A stretch of 64,000 nt of DNA, taken from Desulfomonilia bacterium. Lineage in GTDB: Bacteria; Desulfobacterota; Desulfomonilia; UBA1062. The position numbers and the translations under genes are program-made. The notes beneath the pieces are model-generated. The model was not told the DNA's origin, searched no databases, and saw only the letters and a program-made list of their open reading frames with translations. The stretch covers positions 32,001 to 96,000 of the forward strand of contig JBEKDT010000010.1 in NCBI GenBank assembly GCA_050014195.1, given 5' to 3'. Numbering within the stretch: position 1 is the first letter of the stretch; each line of letters begins with the position of its first letter. This document shows, piece by piece, positions 1 to 8,936 of this stretch.

Positions 1-784
1 TGCCGATATGGGCATTAGGGTCTGTATCGAAATTTTTTTTATAATCGAACCCCCCACCCTCGTCGGTGATATAATATTCGAGGAAGTCCTGGTCCATGTG
101 AACATTAAATGTCACGACTCGGTTTGCATATTTCGGGTTTATCTTCCTCTGTTTAACCAGTTCCTCAAAGGTGCCTTTTTTAACCGCTTTTGCCTTTTCC
201 TCCATGGAGATGCCAAGATTACCGTGTTCGATGGCATTGAGAAGGATCTCACTGAGTGCTATCTTGAGCATCTCTATATCCCTGCAGACTTTCCCGGCAT
301 TCAAGACGGCCTGGTTTATGATATAAGGGATTCTCTCTCGATCATTCCCGAAAGTAATGGTCTTTACTTCGTGTATGACACTCTCACTGTCAGGTTTTAT
401 CCCTAAGCAAAAAGACTTTTGATGATCCTGTATCATCTGTATTGACTCGAGGAGAGATGCGATGCTTAAGGGTTTTATGAGATAATCCAGGGCGCCCAGC
501 CTCATACACTCCACGGAGAGAAAACCATCCACTCGCTCGGCAGTTACGATGATCTTGGTCATCGGATTTATCTGAACGATCTCCTTTAGGAGGATAAGCC
601 CTGAATCATCTGACGGATCAAGAAAGAGAATAACCAGATCAGGTTTGTCACAGGTTACTTGAGTCAAGCCATCTTTTGGAGAAGATGCATGAGCAGCTTT
701 AAATCCCTTTCGGGAAAGCTTTCGCACCAGGTCCCGTGAAGATTTATCAGGATCAATAATGAGTATATTACGTACTAATTTCAT
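1..784 (-). CDS. Receiver domain + anti-sigma-factor-type HATPase (RsbW/SpoIIAB-like) protein, 3' end runs off the window
   Basis: Absent from the ORF track because it has no stop in the window. Manual translation from ATG 784 gives MKLVRNILIIDPDKSS..KPDLVILFLDPSDDSG..GALDYLIKP (receiver fold), then IALSEILLNAIEHGN (N box) and YITDEGGGFDY (G1 box). Confidence 0.85.
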   Translation of the reverse strand, partial: MKLVRNILIIDPDKSSRDLVRKLSRKGFKAAHASSPKDGLTQVTCDKPDLVILFLDPSDDSGLILLKEIVQINPMTKIIVTAERVDGFLSVECMRLGALDYLIKPLSIASLLESIQMIQDHQKSFCLGIKPDSESVIHEVKTITFGNDRERIPYIINQAVLNAGKVCRDIEMLKIALSEILLNAIEHGNLGISMEEKAKAVKKGTFEELVKQRKINPKYANRVVTFNVHMDQDFLEYYITDEGGGFDYKKNFDTDPNAHIG

Positions 785-832
785 AACAGCACGGCCTTTT
801 GAGTGACCCGATTCCGGTGCTGAAGGTGGTTT

Positions 833-1912
833 TTATGCGACCTTCTCATGTTTACAAATATTCATGATAAATCCGGCAATAGAACTTAAGGGGAGGATCT
901 TGGAAACCCCGCCCATCTCGATGGCCACCTTGGGCATGCCGAAGACCACACAGCTTTCTTCATCTTGTGCTATTGTAAAGGCTCCTGCTTGGTTCATCTC
1001 GCGCATGCCTCGTGCCCCATCATCACCCATACCGGTAAGAATGACGCCCAGTGCATTGGGACCTAATGTATTGGCTGCCGATCTGAACAATACATCCACT
1101 GAAGGTATGTGCCGATTTACGGGCGGCCCATCCTTTATCTTTACAAAATAGCCTCGTGGTCCCTTGTTTACGATCATATGCTTGCCGCCCGGGGCGATCA
1201 GCGCCACACCCTGTCTGAGCTCGTCATTATCTTTGGCTTCTACGACGGTCATGGCAGAAAGCCCGTTTACCCTCTTGGCAAAGGAATTGGTGAAAACCGG
1301 GGGCATATGCTGTACAATCAAGGTAGGCGGAGCATCGGAAGGGAGTTTGTTGAGGATCTGTTCCAGTGCTACGGTACCACCGGTCGATGCACCTATGATA
1401 AATATTATTTCTCCTTCTTTAACTGGGACAGCTCTTTCTGCCTTGATAACGGCATCCATGCCCAGTTTCGGAGGAACCACAAGATTCGAGGGAGATACGG
1501 CCTTTTTCAGTTTAGCCGTGGATGCGGCCTTGACCTTGGAGCAAAGGTCGATCCGCAGATCTTCGATGCCTTCGCTTATCTTGACCTTGGGTTTTGCCAG
1601 GAAATCGATGGCTCCCAAGGAGAGTGCCTTCATGGTGGCATCCGCGCCCTGTTCGGTAAGAGATGAGAACATGACCACGGGCATGGGGGATGCACGCATG
1701 AGCCTTGAGAGGAAGGTGAGCCCGTCCATCTTGGGCATCTCGATATCCAGAGTCAGCACATCGGGTTTGAGTTCTTTGATCTTGCGGATTGCAATGAGCG
1801 GGTCAGGGGCTGTCCCCACTACCTCGACAAGAGGATCTGACTCGAGGATTTCCTTGAGGAGTTTCCTCACGAGTGCCGAATCATCTACAATGAGTACTTT
1901 CACTTTATCCAT
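833..1912 (-). CDS. cheB: Chemotaxis protein-glutamate methylesterase CheB (REC + methylesterase)
   Basis: VLIVDDSA, LDIEMPKMDG, GASTGG, QHMP, PSVDVLF and GMGDDGA motifs. The ORF track starts at TTG 1927; ATG 1912 is preferred. Confidence 0.97.
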   Translation of the reverse strand: MDKVKVLIVDDSALVRKLLKEILESDPLVEVVGTAPDPLIAIRKIKELKPDVLTLDIEMPKMDGLTFLSRLMRASPMPVVMFSSLTEQGADATMKALSLGAIDFLAKPKVKISEGIEDLRIDLCSKVKAASTAKLKKAVSPSNLVVPPKLGMDAVIKAERAVPVKEGEIIFIIGASTGGTVALEQILNKLPSDAPPTLIVQHMPPVFTNSFAKRVNGLSAMTVVEAKDNDELRQGVALIAPGGKHMIVNKGPRGYFVKIKDGPPVNRHIPSVDVLFRSAANTLGPNALGVILTGMGDDGARGMREMNQAGAFTIAQDEESCVVFGMPKVAIEMGGVSKILPLSSIAGFIMNICKHEKVA

Positions 1913-1919
1913 ATCTGTC

Positions 1920-2516
1920 TCACTCAAATAGTGTCAGTTCTCCACCATCGACCTGGAGCTTTTCCTTCTCCTGGAAGAGCTTTGTCTTATATGCCTGCTC
2001 TGCTTCTATGATCTTGGAGTCTACCGTGGACTTGAGCCTCTTGAGTAGTACCTTGGCTGTATCGGGGAAGAAGAGGATCTTTCTACCCGTATAGCCACCA
2101 ACGTCTTCTTTTACAATCTCAATCTGCTCCATTTTCAGAAAAGCCCTTACAAAATCTATGTTCGATTCGGGCACATTGCCGTCCGTCTTCCGGAAGTTCA
2201 ACACATGGCCGCCGCCAAATACCTTTGCCTGGAAGTGCTTTTGTGAACCACCCTTCTTGAGTATGTCATTGATAAGTTGCTCCATTGCGAACATACCGTA
2301 TTTCGCAGATGCCGACAAAAACATGTCTTCGGAACGGACATCCCCAGGCAGCATGAAGTGGTTCATGCCCCCCATGCCGGTCTTTATATCTTTGATACAG
2401 ACCGAGATACATGAGCCCAACACCGTTGCAATAACGTCTGATGAGCTAACATAGAATTCTCCAGGGTATATGATTACCATGGTGCGTTTGAACTTATCGC
2501 TATGCCTTTTATACAT
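1920..2516 (-). CDS. cheD: Chemoreceptor glutamine deamidase CheD
   Basis: TVLGSCISVC, GGMNHFMLP, KYG, KVFGGG and DVGG..GRK motifs. Confidence 0.96.
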   Translation of the reverse strand: MYKRHSDKFKRTMVIIYPGEFYVSSSDVIATVLGSCISVCIKDIKTGMGGMNHFMLPGDVRSEDMFLSASAKYGMFAMEQLINDILKKGGSQKHFQAKVFGGGHVLNFRKTDGNVPESNIDFVRAFLKMEQIEIVKEDVGGYTGRKILFFPDTAKVLLKRLKSTVDSKIIEAEQAYKTKLFQEKEKLQVDGGELTLFE

Positions 2517-2517
2517 G

Positions 2518-3363
2518 CTATACCTTAATATAAACCGTATGCTTGAGGAACTTGAAGAGGTGTTTCATATGCATGAGAGACTCTGAGTGTCCGACAAACA
2601 TGTAACCATTATTCTTGAGATGGCTGTGATATTTTTTAATGAGGTCCTGTTTGGTCTCATCATTAAAATAGATCATCACATTTCTGCAAAAGATGATGTC
2701 AAAAGGTTTCTTCATGGGGTATAAAGTATCCATCAGGTTCAGTTTTCTAAAAGAAATCATGGCTTTGATGTGTGGGCTGACTTCATATCCTTGAGTAGAT
2801 CTTACGAAGTATTTTGATAAATAGCCTATTGGTACGGGCGTGATTTGCTGGCTGGTATAGACACCGCTGATGGCCCTCGTCAACACATCAGTATCAAGAT
2901 CTGTGGCAAGGATCTTCAGATCCCAGCCCCGTTCGACCTTGAAGGCATCCGCAACGACCATGGCGATGGTGTAAGGCTCCTCGCCTGATGAGCAGCCGGC
3001 GGACCAGATTCTTAATCGACGCTCTCTGCCTTTTTTTGCTTCCTCGATATACGCCGGAAAGACTTCATTTATAAGATAATCGAAATGGTGCTTTTCCCTG
3101 AAAAAATCGGTCTTATTGGTGGTTATGCGATTGATGAGGTTGTTGAACTCATCTCTCGTGTCCGAACTATTATTAAGATACTCGTAATACTCTGAAAAAG
3201 TCTGTAAGTTAAGTGCCCGGAGTCTTTTGGCGAGTCGTGCGACAATCAGGTTCCTCTTCTTCTCGGACATATGGATACCGGTCTCCCGGTAGATGATTTC
3301 CCTGAAGATCTGGAACTCTTTTTCGGATATGGAAAATGATTGTGCGCACAACGTAGTTGTCAT
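2518..3363 (-). CDS. cheR: Chemotaxis methyltransferase CheR
   Basis: TTNKTDFFRE, WSAGCSSGEEPY, ATD, FDIIFCRNVMIYF and GHSE motifs. Confidence 0.97.
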   Translation of the reverse strand: MTTTLCAQSFSISEKEFQIFREIIYRETGIHMSEKKRNLIVARLAKRLRALNLQTFSEYYEYLNNSSDTRDEFNNLINRITTNKTDFFREKHHFDYLINEVFPAYIEEAKKGRERRLRIWSAGCSSGEEPYTIAMVVADAFKVERGWDLKILATDLDTDVLTRAISGVYTSQQITPVPIGYLSKYFVRSTQGYEVSPHIKAMISFRKLNLMDTLYPMKKPFDIIFCRNVMIYFNDETKQDLIKKYHSHLKNNGYMFVGHSESLMHMKHLFKFLKHTVYIKV

Positions 3364-3836
3364 ACACCATCGACCATGTTCAACTCCGCATCTGAGAGCA
3401 GCTTGTCAACATCGAGGAGGATGATGAACTTGTTATCTTTGATTCCCATTCCCTGGATGAACCCGGTGCTGATCCCTGTAGAGAAATGTGGTCGTGGTTT
3501 AACATCCTCACGGTTGAGGGTAATGACATCGCTCACGGCATCAACCACAAGCCCCATGATCCTGCCTGATACATCCAGGATCATGATTACCGTAAACTGG
3601 TCATAGTCCTTTATCTCCATGCTGAAGCGTTCTCTCAGGTCAATGACAGGCACCACAATCCCCCTGAGATTGAGCACCCCCTTGATGAAACTGGGGACGT
3701 TCGGGATTGTGGTACAACTTTGGTATGCAATAATCTCATTGAGCTTGAGTATGGATATACCATAGGTCTCCGCCCCGAGCTGGAAGGTTACATACTGATT
3801 GGACAGTGCTTTTGCCTTTTCAATCTGCTTAGCCAT
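3360..3836 (-). CDS. cheW: Chemotaxis coupling protein CheW
   Basis: QYVTFQL, GVLNLRG.VVPVIDLR and GLVVDAVSDV. ATG 3836 follows GGGAG; alternative starts are 3851 and 3866. Confidence 0.95.
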   Translation of the reverse strand: MAKQIEKAKALSNQYVTFQLGAETYGISILKLNEIIAYQSCTTIPNVPSFIKGVLNLRGIVVPVIDLRERFSMEIKDYDQFTVIMILDVSGRIMGLVVDAVSDVITLNREDVKPRPHFSTGISTGFIQGMGIKDNKFIILLDVDKLLSDAELNMVDGV

Positions 3837-3852
3837 GGATGCACTCCCCATA

Positions 3853-5499
3853 TTAAAATTCCTCAAAGTCGTCTTCGAAATCCGGAGCGGGTGGGGCTGC
3901 CTTTACGGGCTCGACTTTTGCTTTAACAGGCTGCTGTTTCTTGTAGGAACTTTGTTTCACTTTTGTTCTTTGCTCTTCCTTGGAAACCCTAAACCGTGCA
4001 ACCGTATTGGAAAGCTCTTTTGCCTCGTTGCTTAAGCTATCCGAAGTACTTGCGAGCTCTTCCACCGTGGATGCATTCTCTTGGGTGGTGGTGTCAATCT
4101 GGGTTATCGCCCGGTTCAGCTCATCCACCCCGCTTGCCTGTTCGCTACTTGCTGCAGCTATCTCCTCCATGACCTGTGAGAGCTCCTGGATATGTTTAAT
4201 GATCTCTTCTAAGGACTCACCGGATTTCTTCACCATAACATCACCTGCACTAATCTTGTTGACCGTGTCTTCTATCAGGGCCTTGATCTGCCGTGCAGCA
4301 TCGGCTGACCTCTGGGCCAGAGCACGCACTTCTTCGGCGACAACAGCAAAACCCTTGCCGTGCTCACCAGCCCGTGCTGCCTCAACAGCTGCGTTCAAGG
4401 CCAATAGGTTGGTCTGGAAGGCCACCTCGTTGACTGTGACGATGATATCTCCGATCTTCTTGGATGCCTCAGAGATTTCGCTCATGCCCCTTACCAGTTC
4501 CTGCGCTGATTCACCACTTACATTGGCCATGCGTACCATCTCAGTCGCCTTCTGGCGGCCGTCTGTGGCGTTCTCGGCATTGTGTTTGATGGATGACGTC
4601 ATCTGCTCGATGGTTGCAGCTACCTCTTCAATGGCGGATGCCTGCTCCTGAGTTGCATGGGAGAGACCTTGAGCCCCGGCCGCCACTTCCTTGGTGGATG
4701 AATCTACCTGTTCCGATGAGTGTTTCACCCTAGTGATGACCTCTTCGAGGTTTCCTACAAAGGTATTGAACCAGGAGGCGATATCGCCGACCTCATCGGT
4801 GGTGAGCACGGGAAGCCTCTTGGAGAGGTCGGCCTCACCCTGGGCGATGTCCATCATGGTGTTGGAGATCTCCCTTGCCCTCTTTGCGATACGGCCCGCG
4901 AACACAGCGCCTATGAGGGCTGCGACAAGAGAGGAAATAGCGAGGAATATGTACATATGGAGCTGCAGGGTTCGGACATCGGCAAGGAACTCTGATACGG
5001 GGGCTGTAGCCAATAAGACCCAGTTCAAAGATTTGATGTATGTCACATAGCCCACCTTATCGACGCCTTCAATGGTGTAGTAAATGATCCTTTGCTTCTG
5101 TCCAACTCCCTTCCTGGCCCAGTCATAGGTGTCGTATATGGTCTTGTTGTTGCGAAATTCGGCCTTGGGGTGGTAAATGCACATACCATCCGGTTGGAAG
5201 ATAAGAAGATAGCCTGATTGGAAGTACTGCTCCTTTGCGGCCTCGTTAATGAGGTCGTTCTTGAGGGACTTCATGAGCTGCTCCTTGATAATATCAAGAT
5301 TCCCCTCAATGGCCGCACTACGCACCTCGGCCATTCTGGCAAAGGCATCACCCTTGACCTTGAGGTAGGAGAGAGCCTGCTTCTGCATGAAGCTGCTTGT
5401 GCTGATTCCAACATAAATGATGGCAATGAGCAGTGGAATCAAGCCAGCGCATAGTACAAGAAATGCCAGCCGTTCTCGGAGCTTCCATTTTAGTGCCAT
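3853..5499 (-). CDS. Methyl-accepting chemotaxis protein (2 TM, Cache-like sensor, HAMP, signalling domain, C-terminal pentapeptide)
   Basis: Hairpin tip QTNLLALNAAVEAARAGEHGKGFAVVAEEVRALAQRS, HAMP segment DLSKRL..DEVG, C-terminus ..DDFEEF. Confidence 0.96.
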   Translation of the reverse strand: MALKWKLRERLAFLVLCAGLIPLLIAIIYVGISTSSFMQKQALSYLKVKGDAFARMAEVRSAAIEGNLDIIKEQLMKSLKNDLINEAAKEQYFQSGYLLIFQPDGMCIYHPKAEFRNNKTIYDTYDWARKGVGQKQRIIYYTIEGVDKVGYVTYIKSLNWVLLATAPVSEFLADVRTLQLHMYIFLAISSLVAALIGAVFAGRIAKRAREISNTMMDIAQGEADLSKRLPVLTTDEVGDIASWFNTFVGNLEEVITRVKHSSEQVDSSTKEVAAGAQGLSHATQEQASAIEEVAATIEQMTSSIKHNAENATDGRQKATEMVRMANVSGESAQELVRGMSEISEASKKIGDIIVTVNEVAFQTNLLALNAAVEAARAGEHGKGFAVVAEEVRALAQRSADAARQIKALIEDTVNKISAGDVMVKKSGESLEEIIKHIQELSQVMEEIAAASSEQASGVDELNRAITQIDTTTQENASTVEELASTSDSLSNEAKELSNTVARFRVSKEEQRTKVKQSSYKKQQPVKAKVEPVKAAPPAPDFEDDFEEF

Positions 5500-5553
5500 A
5501 TATGACTCCTTTGCCTTAAAAATTTTCTGTAAAATCTCTCATACCGAAATTAT

Positions 5554-7647
5554 TCATGAATTAAACGCCATACGCTCAATACTGTGTACGTCCAGGATCA
5601 ATGAAACCCTGCCGTTACCGAGGATGGTGGCGCCGGATGTACCCTCTATCTTTTTGAAATTTTTATCTATGCTCTTGATCACAGCCTGTGTCTGACCAAG
5701 AACGTCGTCTACCAGAATGCCGAACCTGTTCTCAGCACCATGGAGGACCACAACAAGCGCTTCGGTAGGGTCGATCTTGACGGAGGGGAGGTTGAAGAGT
5801 TGATAGAGCCGAACCAGCGGGAGGTAGTCCCCTCTGATGTCCACAAGCTCACCTTTACCCTCAACGGTCTTGATCTCGGTCCGGGCTGGCCGCACGGATT
5901 TGTCAATGACTGAGAGCGGGATAGTGAGCACTTCCGAACCGACTTTTACCATCATGCCGTCAATAATAGCCAAGGTCAGAGGCAGCTTCACTCTGAAAGT
6001 AGAGCCTTTGCCATCCTCTGAGGAGATCTCTACGCTGCCCCTAAGCTCTTCGATATTTCGCTTCACCACATCCATGCCTACGCCCCTGCCGGAAAGCTCG
6101 CTGACACTTTCTGCTGTAGACAGGCCCGGTGCGAAGAGCATATCGAAGATCTCTTTGTCGCCATAGGACCTTCCCACTTCAGCCTGACCTCTTTCAATAG
6201 CCTTGGCCAGCACTCTTTTTTTGTCGATGCCCTTGCCGTCATCAGATATCTCTATGAAGATATTACCCTCACGCTGAAATGCCTTGAGCCATATAGTACC
6301 GACCTCTGATTTGCCTATGCGACGTCTTTCTTCGGGTAATTCGATGCCGTGATCAATGGAGTTTCGGATCATGTGCTTCAATGGATCGCTGATCTGTTCT
6401 ATAACGTTCTTATCGAGTTCGGTCTCGGTTCCGGACATCTTTATCTCTATCTTCTTGCCCAGTTCGAATGAAAGGTCTCTGACTACCCTGCGGAAGCGGT
6501 TGAATGTGCCCTCAACCGGCACCATACGGACCCTCATAACCTGTTCCTGAAGGTCTCGGGAAATACGCTCAAGTGCTGCTATAGCCCCTTGCAGGGAACG
6601 GGAGAGCGTTGAATCGGCGATCTCGCTGGCGCATTGTGACATACGGGCAACGGAGATTACCATCTCACCCACCAGATTTACGAGCTTGTCCAACTTGTCG
6701 GTATCAACCCTGATTGTGGAGGATTTTGTAATCTTCCTGCTCTGGGACTGGGCAAGTGCCATCTTCTCAACGGCATCCTTTGATATCTTACCTTTTTCAA
6801 CAAGGGCCTGGCCCGTAGTCTTGTGCTCTTTGAGCGCCTCTTGAACATCTCTCTCTTTAACAAGGCCTTTTTCCACCAGGATCTCGCCAATCGGCTTTTC
6901 CGCTAATGTGAGGTCAACACCTTCTTTGTACTGGGATGAAATGTCGACAATAGAAATCTCATTCTCATCCATTACAAAGATAAAGACATTATTCACATCA
7001 GCAATGGGTCGTTTTGTGCTCATGATGATTTCCCAGGAGGTATAGCAGATCGTGGGTACAAGGTTGTAGAAGTCAGGGATAGAATCGGTATATACTCTGG
7101 ATTCGATGACTTCGCCGATATCTTTCAGCTCCTGAATGAGCATGATAGGGTCCTGGCCGGTGGCGAGGATATCCGGCCTGAACTTCATGGTGATCGAGAG
7201 GACTTTTTCTCCGATCTTGTCTTTTGCTTTTACCTGCGCCGCTAGGCTGTCAGCGGCGGTTTTAGCAACACCCGAGAACCGTTTGAGCAATTGAGTGGAT
7301 TGCTCAATCTCATTTTTATCGATCTCTTCACCCTCACTGCCGGCGGCGATCATCCTCTTTAAGAAGTCAACCGATGAAAGCAGCGTGGAAATGAGCTTTT
7401 TTGTAATGGTCAGATCCTTTTTCCTGATCCTGTCAAGGATGTTTTCAATAGTATGGGTATAATTGCTGACATTCTCAAATCCGACAAGGCCTGCGGAACC
7501 CTTGATGGTATGGGCTGCTCGAAAGACCCTGTTAATAGTGTCTTCATCCTCACACTCTTCTTCAAGCCTGATAAGGCCCGACTCCAGCTCACGAATCTCA
7601 TCTTCGCTCTCTTCCATGAATATCTTGACGAGCTCATCCATTGCCAT
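5554..7647 (-). CDS. cheA: Chemotaxis histidine kinase CheA
   Basis: Hpt FRAAHTIKG, dimerisation IRVDTDKLDKLVNLVGE, HATPase HMIRNSIDHG and GRGVGMDVV, C-terminal CheW domain. Confidence 0.97.
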   Translation of the reverse strand: MAMDELVKIFMEESEDEIRELESGLIRLEEECEDEDTINRVFRAAHTIKGSAGLVGFENVSNYTHTIENILDRIRKKDLTITKKLISTLLSSVDFLKRMIAAGSEGEEIDKNEIEQSTQLLKRFSGVAKTAADSLAAQVKAKDKIGEKVLSITMKFRPDILATGQDPIMLIQELKDIGEVIESRVYTDSIPDFYNLVPTICYTSWEIIMSTKRPIADVNNVFIFVMDENEISIVDISSQYKEGVDLTLAEKPIGEILVEKGLVKERDVQEALKEHKTTGQALVEKGKISKDAVEKMALAQSQSRKITKSSTIRVDTDKLDKLVNLVGEMVISVARMSQCASEIADSTLSRSLQGAIAALERISRDLQEQVMRVRMVPVEGTFNRFRRVVRDLSFELGKKIEIKMSGTETELDKNVIEQISDPLKHMIRNSIDHGIELPEERRRIGKSEVGTIWLKAFQREGNIFIEISDDGKGIDKKRVLAKAIERGQAEVGRSYGDKEIFDMLFAPGLSTAESVSELSGRGVGMDVVKRNIEELRGSVEISSEDGKGSTFRVKLPLTLAIIDGMMVKVGSEVLTIPLSVIDKSVRPARTEIKTVEGKGELVDIRGDYLPLVRLYQLFNLPSVKIDPTEALVVVLHGAENRFGILVDDVLGQTQAVIKSIDKNFKKIEGTSGATILGNGRVSLILDVHSIERMAFNS

Positions 7648-7650
7648 GAC

Positions 7651-8028
7651 TTACCTCATAAATTTTTTAGTAACATATACGAGCTGTTCCGGTTTGAACG
7701 GCTTCACGAGCCAACCGGAGGCGCCTGCCTGTTTGCCTTTGAGCTTCATTTCTTCCTGGGATTCAGTGGTAAGAACCAGGATCGGTAAAAATTTGAAAGG
7801 TGTCTTCTTCACCTCCTTGATGAAGGTGATTCCATCCATAACCGGCATATTGATGTCGCTGATGATCATACCGATCTGATCACCGAGCTTGTGGGCTTCG
7901 GTGAGTTTTTCCAGCCCGTCGGCCCCGTTCACTGCATTGATGGTCTCGAACCCTGCCGATTTCAATGTGTAGTTTACCGATGCCCGTAGTGTGGCGGAGT
8001 CATCAACCACGAGGATCTTCTTTTTCAT
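7651..8028 (-). CDS. cheY: CheY-like single-domain response regulator
   Basis: ILVVDDS, ISDINMPVMDG, LTTE and WLVKPF; directly upstream of cheA. Confidence 0.92.
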   Translation of the reverse strand: MKKKILVVDDSATLRASVNYTLKSAGFETINAVNGADGLEKLTEAHKLGDQIGMIISDINMPVMDGITFIKEVKKTPFKFLPILVLTTESQEEMKLKGKQAGASGWLVKPFKPEQLVYVTKKFMR

Positions 8029-8330
8029 GGAAGCGCCTCCTTCAAGGCAACGCCGAAGCCGGAGAGGTCAAGGATGTCTCTGATGGATTGATTCAAAGAC
8101 CTGATGTGCATCGAGCCATCAGCTTCAAAGGTTTTTTTAAGGGAAAAAAGGAGCTGCAGCCCTGCAATATCGATCTCCTCAACCTGGCTGATATCGATTA
8201 CGATATTTCGTGAGGACTCCTCGAGAACCGATTCAAGTGCTGAATGTACAACCTCTATGTTTGACACCACAAGGTTGCCTTTGAAGACGATCACGCCCTG
8301 GCTATCAGTGCTGATTTCCATAGTTCTCAC
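8025..8330 (-). CDS. STAS domain protein (no phospho-acceptor Ser)
   Basis: 101 aa with FKGNL, IDISQVEEIDIAGLQLL and ILDLSG. Confidence 0.88.
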   Translation of the reverse strand: MRTMEISTDSQGVIVFKGNLVVSNIEVVHSALESVLEESSRNIVIDISQVEEIDIAGLQLLFSLKKTFEADGSMHIRSLNQSIRDILDLSGFGVALKEALP

Positions 8331-8635
8331 CTCATGGATATGGGGAAAAGCTTATCAAGCTTCACAGCCTTGAAGATATTATAGAGGTTTTCGTGGATAC
8401 CCTTGATCTCAAAGCTTGCCTTAGAGCCATCCAGGCTTTTAAAGAACATAAGAATCTTGCCGATGCCGGATGATCCCATGGTGGGAACAAGTGACAGATC
8501 CATCACCACTTTTTTCGGTTTCTGACCGGCAATCTTGTTCAGTTCTGTCCTTAGTATCTCGGCCGCACTGGTATCTACAGCACCGGAGACTTTAATGAAA
8601 AGGGTATCACCAGTTGTTTTTGTTGTTACATCCAT
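8327..8635 (-). CDS. STAS anti-sigma-factor antagonist (SpoIIAA/RsbV-like)
   Basis: VSGAVD, MDLSLVPTMGSSGIG (Ser at the phosphorylatable position) and IFKAVKLDKLF. GGAGG-type RBS upstream on the minus strand. Confidence 0.9.
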   Translation of the reverse strand: MDVTTKTTGDTLFIKVSGAVDTSAAEILRTELNKIAGQKPKKVVMDLSLVPTMGSSGIGKILMFFKSLDGSKASFEIKGIHENLYNIFKAVKLDKLFPISMR

Positions 8636-8936
8636 GCAATGCCTCCTAGTTACACTTCTATTCTTGTATCTGAAAGGATATGCTCTTTCATGCCAGTACC
8701 AATCGGAAAGTCAGATCTTAATCTTTATCTTTATTGTCTTGCAGGGATGATCATGATGAAAGAATACAAAAGGTCAGGAATTTCATGGGGAACATGCACA
8801 TTGACACACGTCAAAATGAGTTATATCTAGATCCGACGGAGAAAGGGGTTATTGGGGTGAAGAAAAGGCAATATTATCAAACCGTATTCTTAAGATCCCT
8901 TGTTAGTATTATTCAAACAATAGGCGGAAAGGCCCC

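Noticed and set aside
8-406. 132-aa plus-strand ORF in the track
   Set aside because: Antisense shadow of the minus-strand REC-HATPase gene, which has clear motifs.
8679-8696. Sigma-54-like TGGCATGAAAGAGCA upstream of the che operon (minus strand)
   Set aside because: Spacing is GG-N9-GC, not the obligatory N10.
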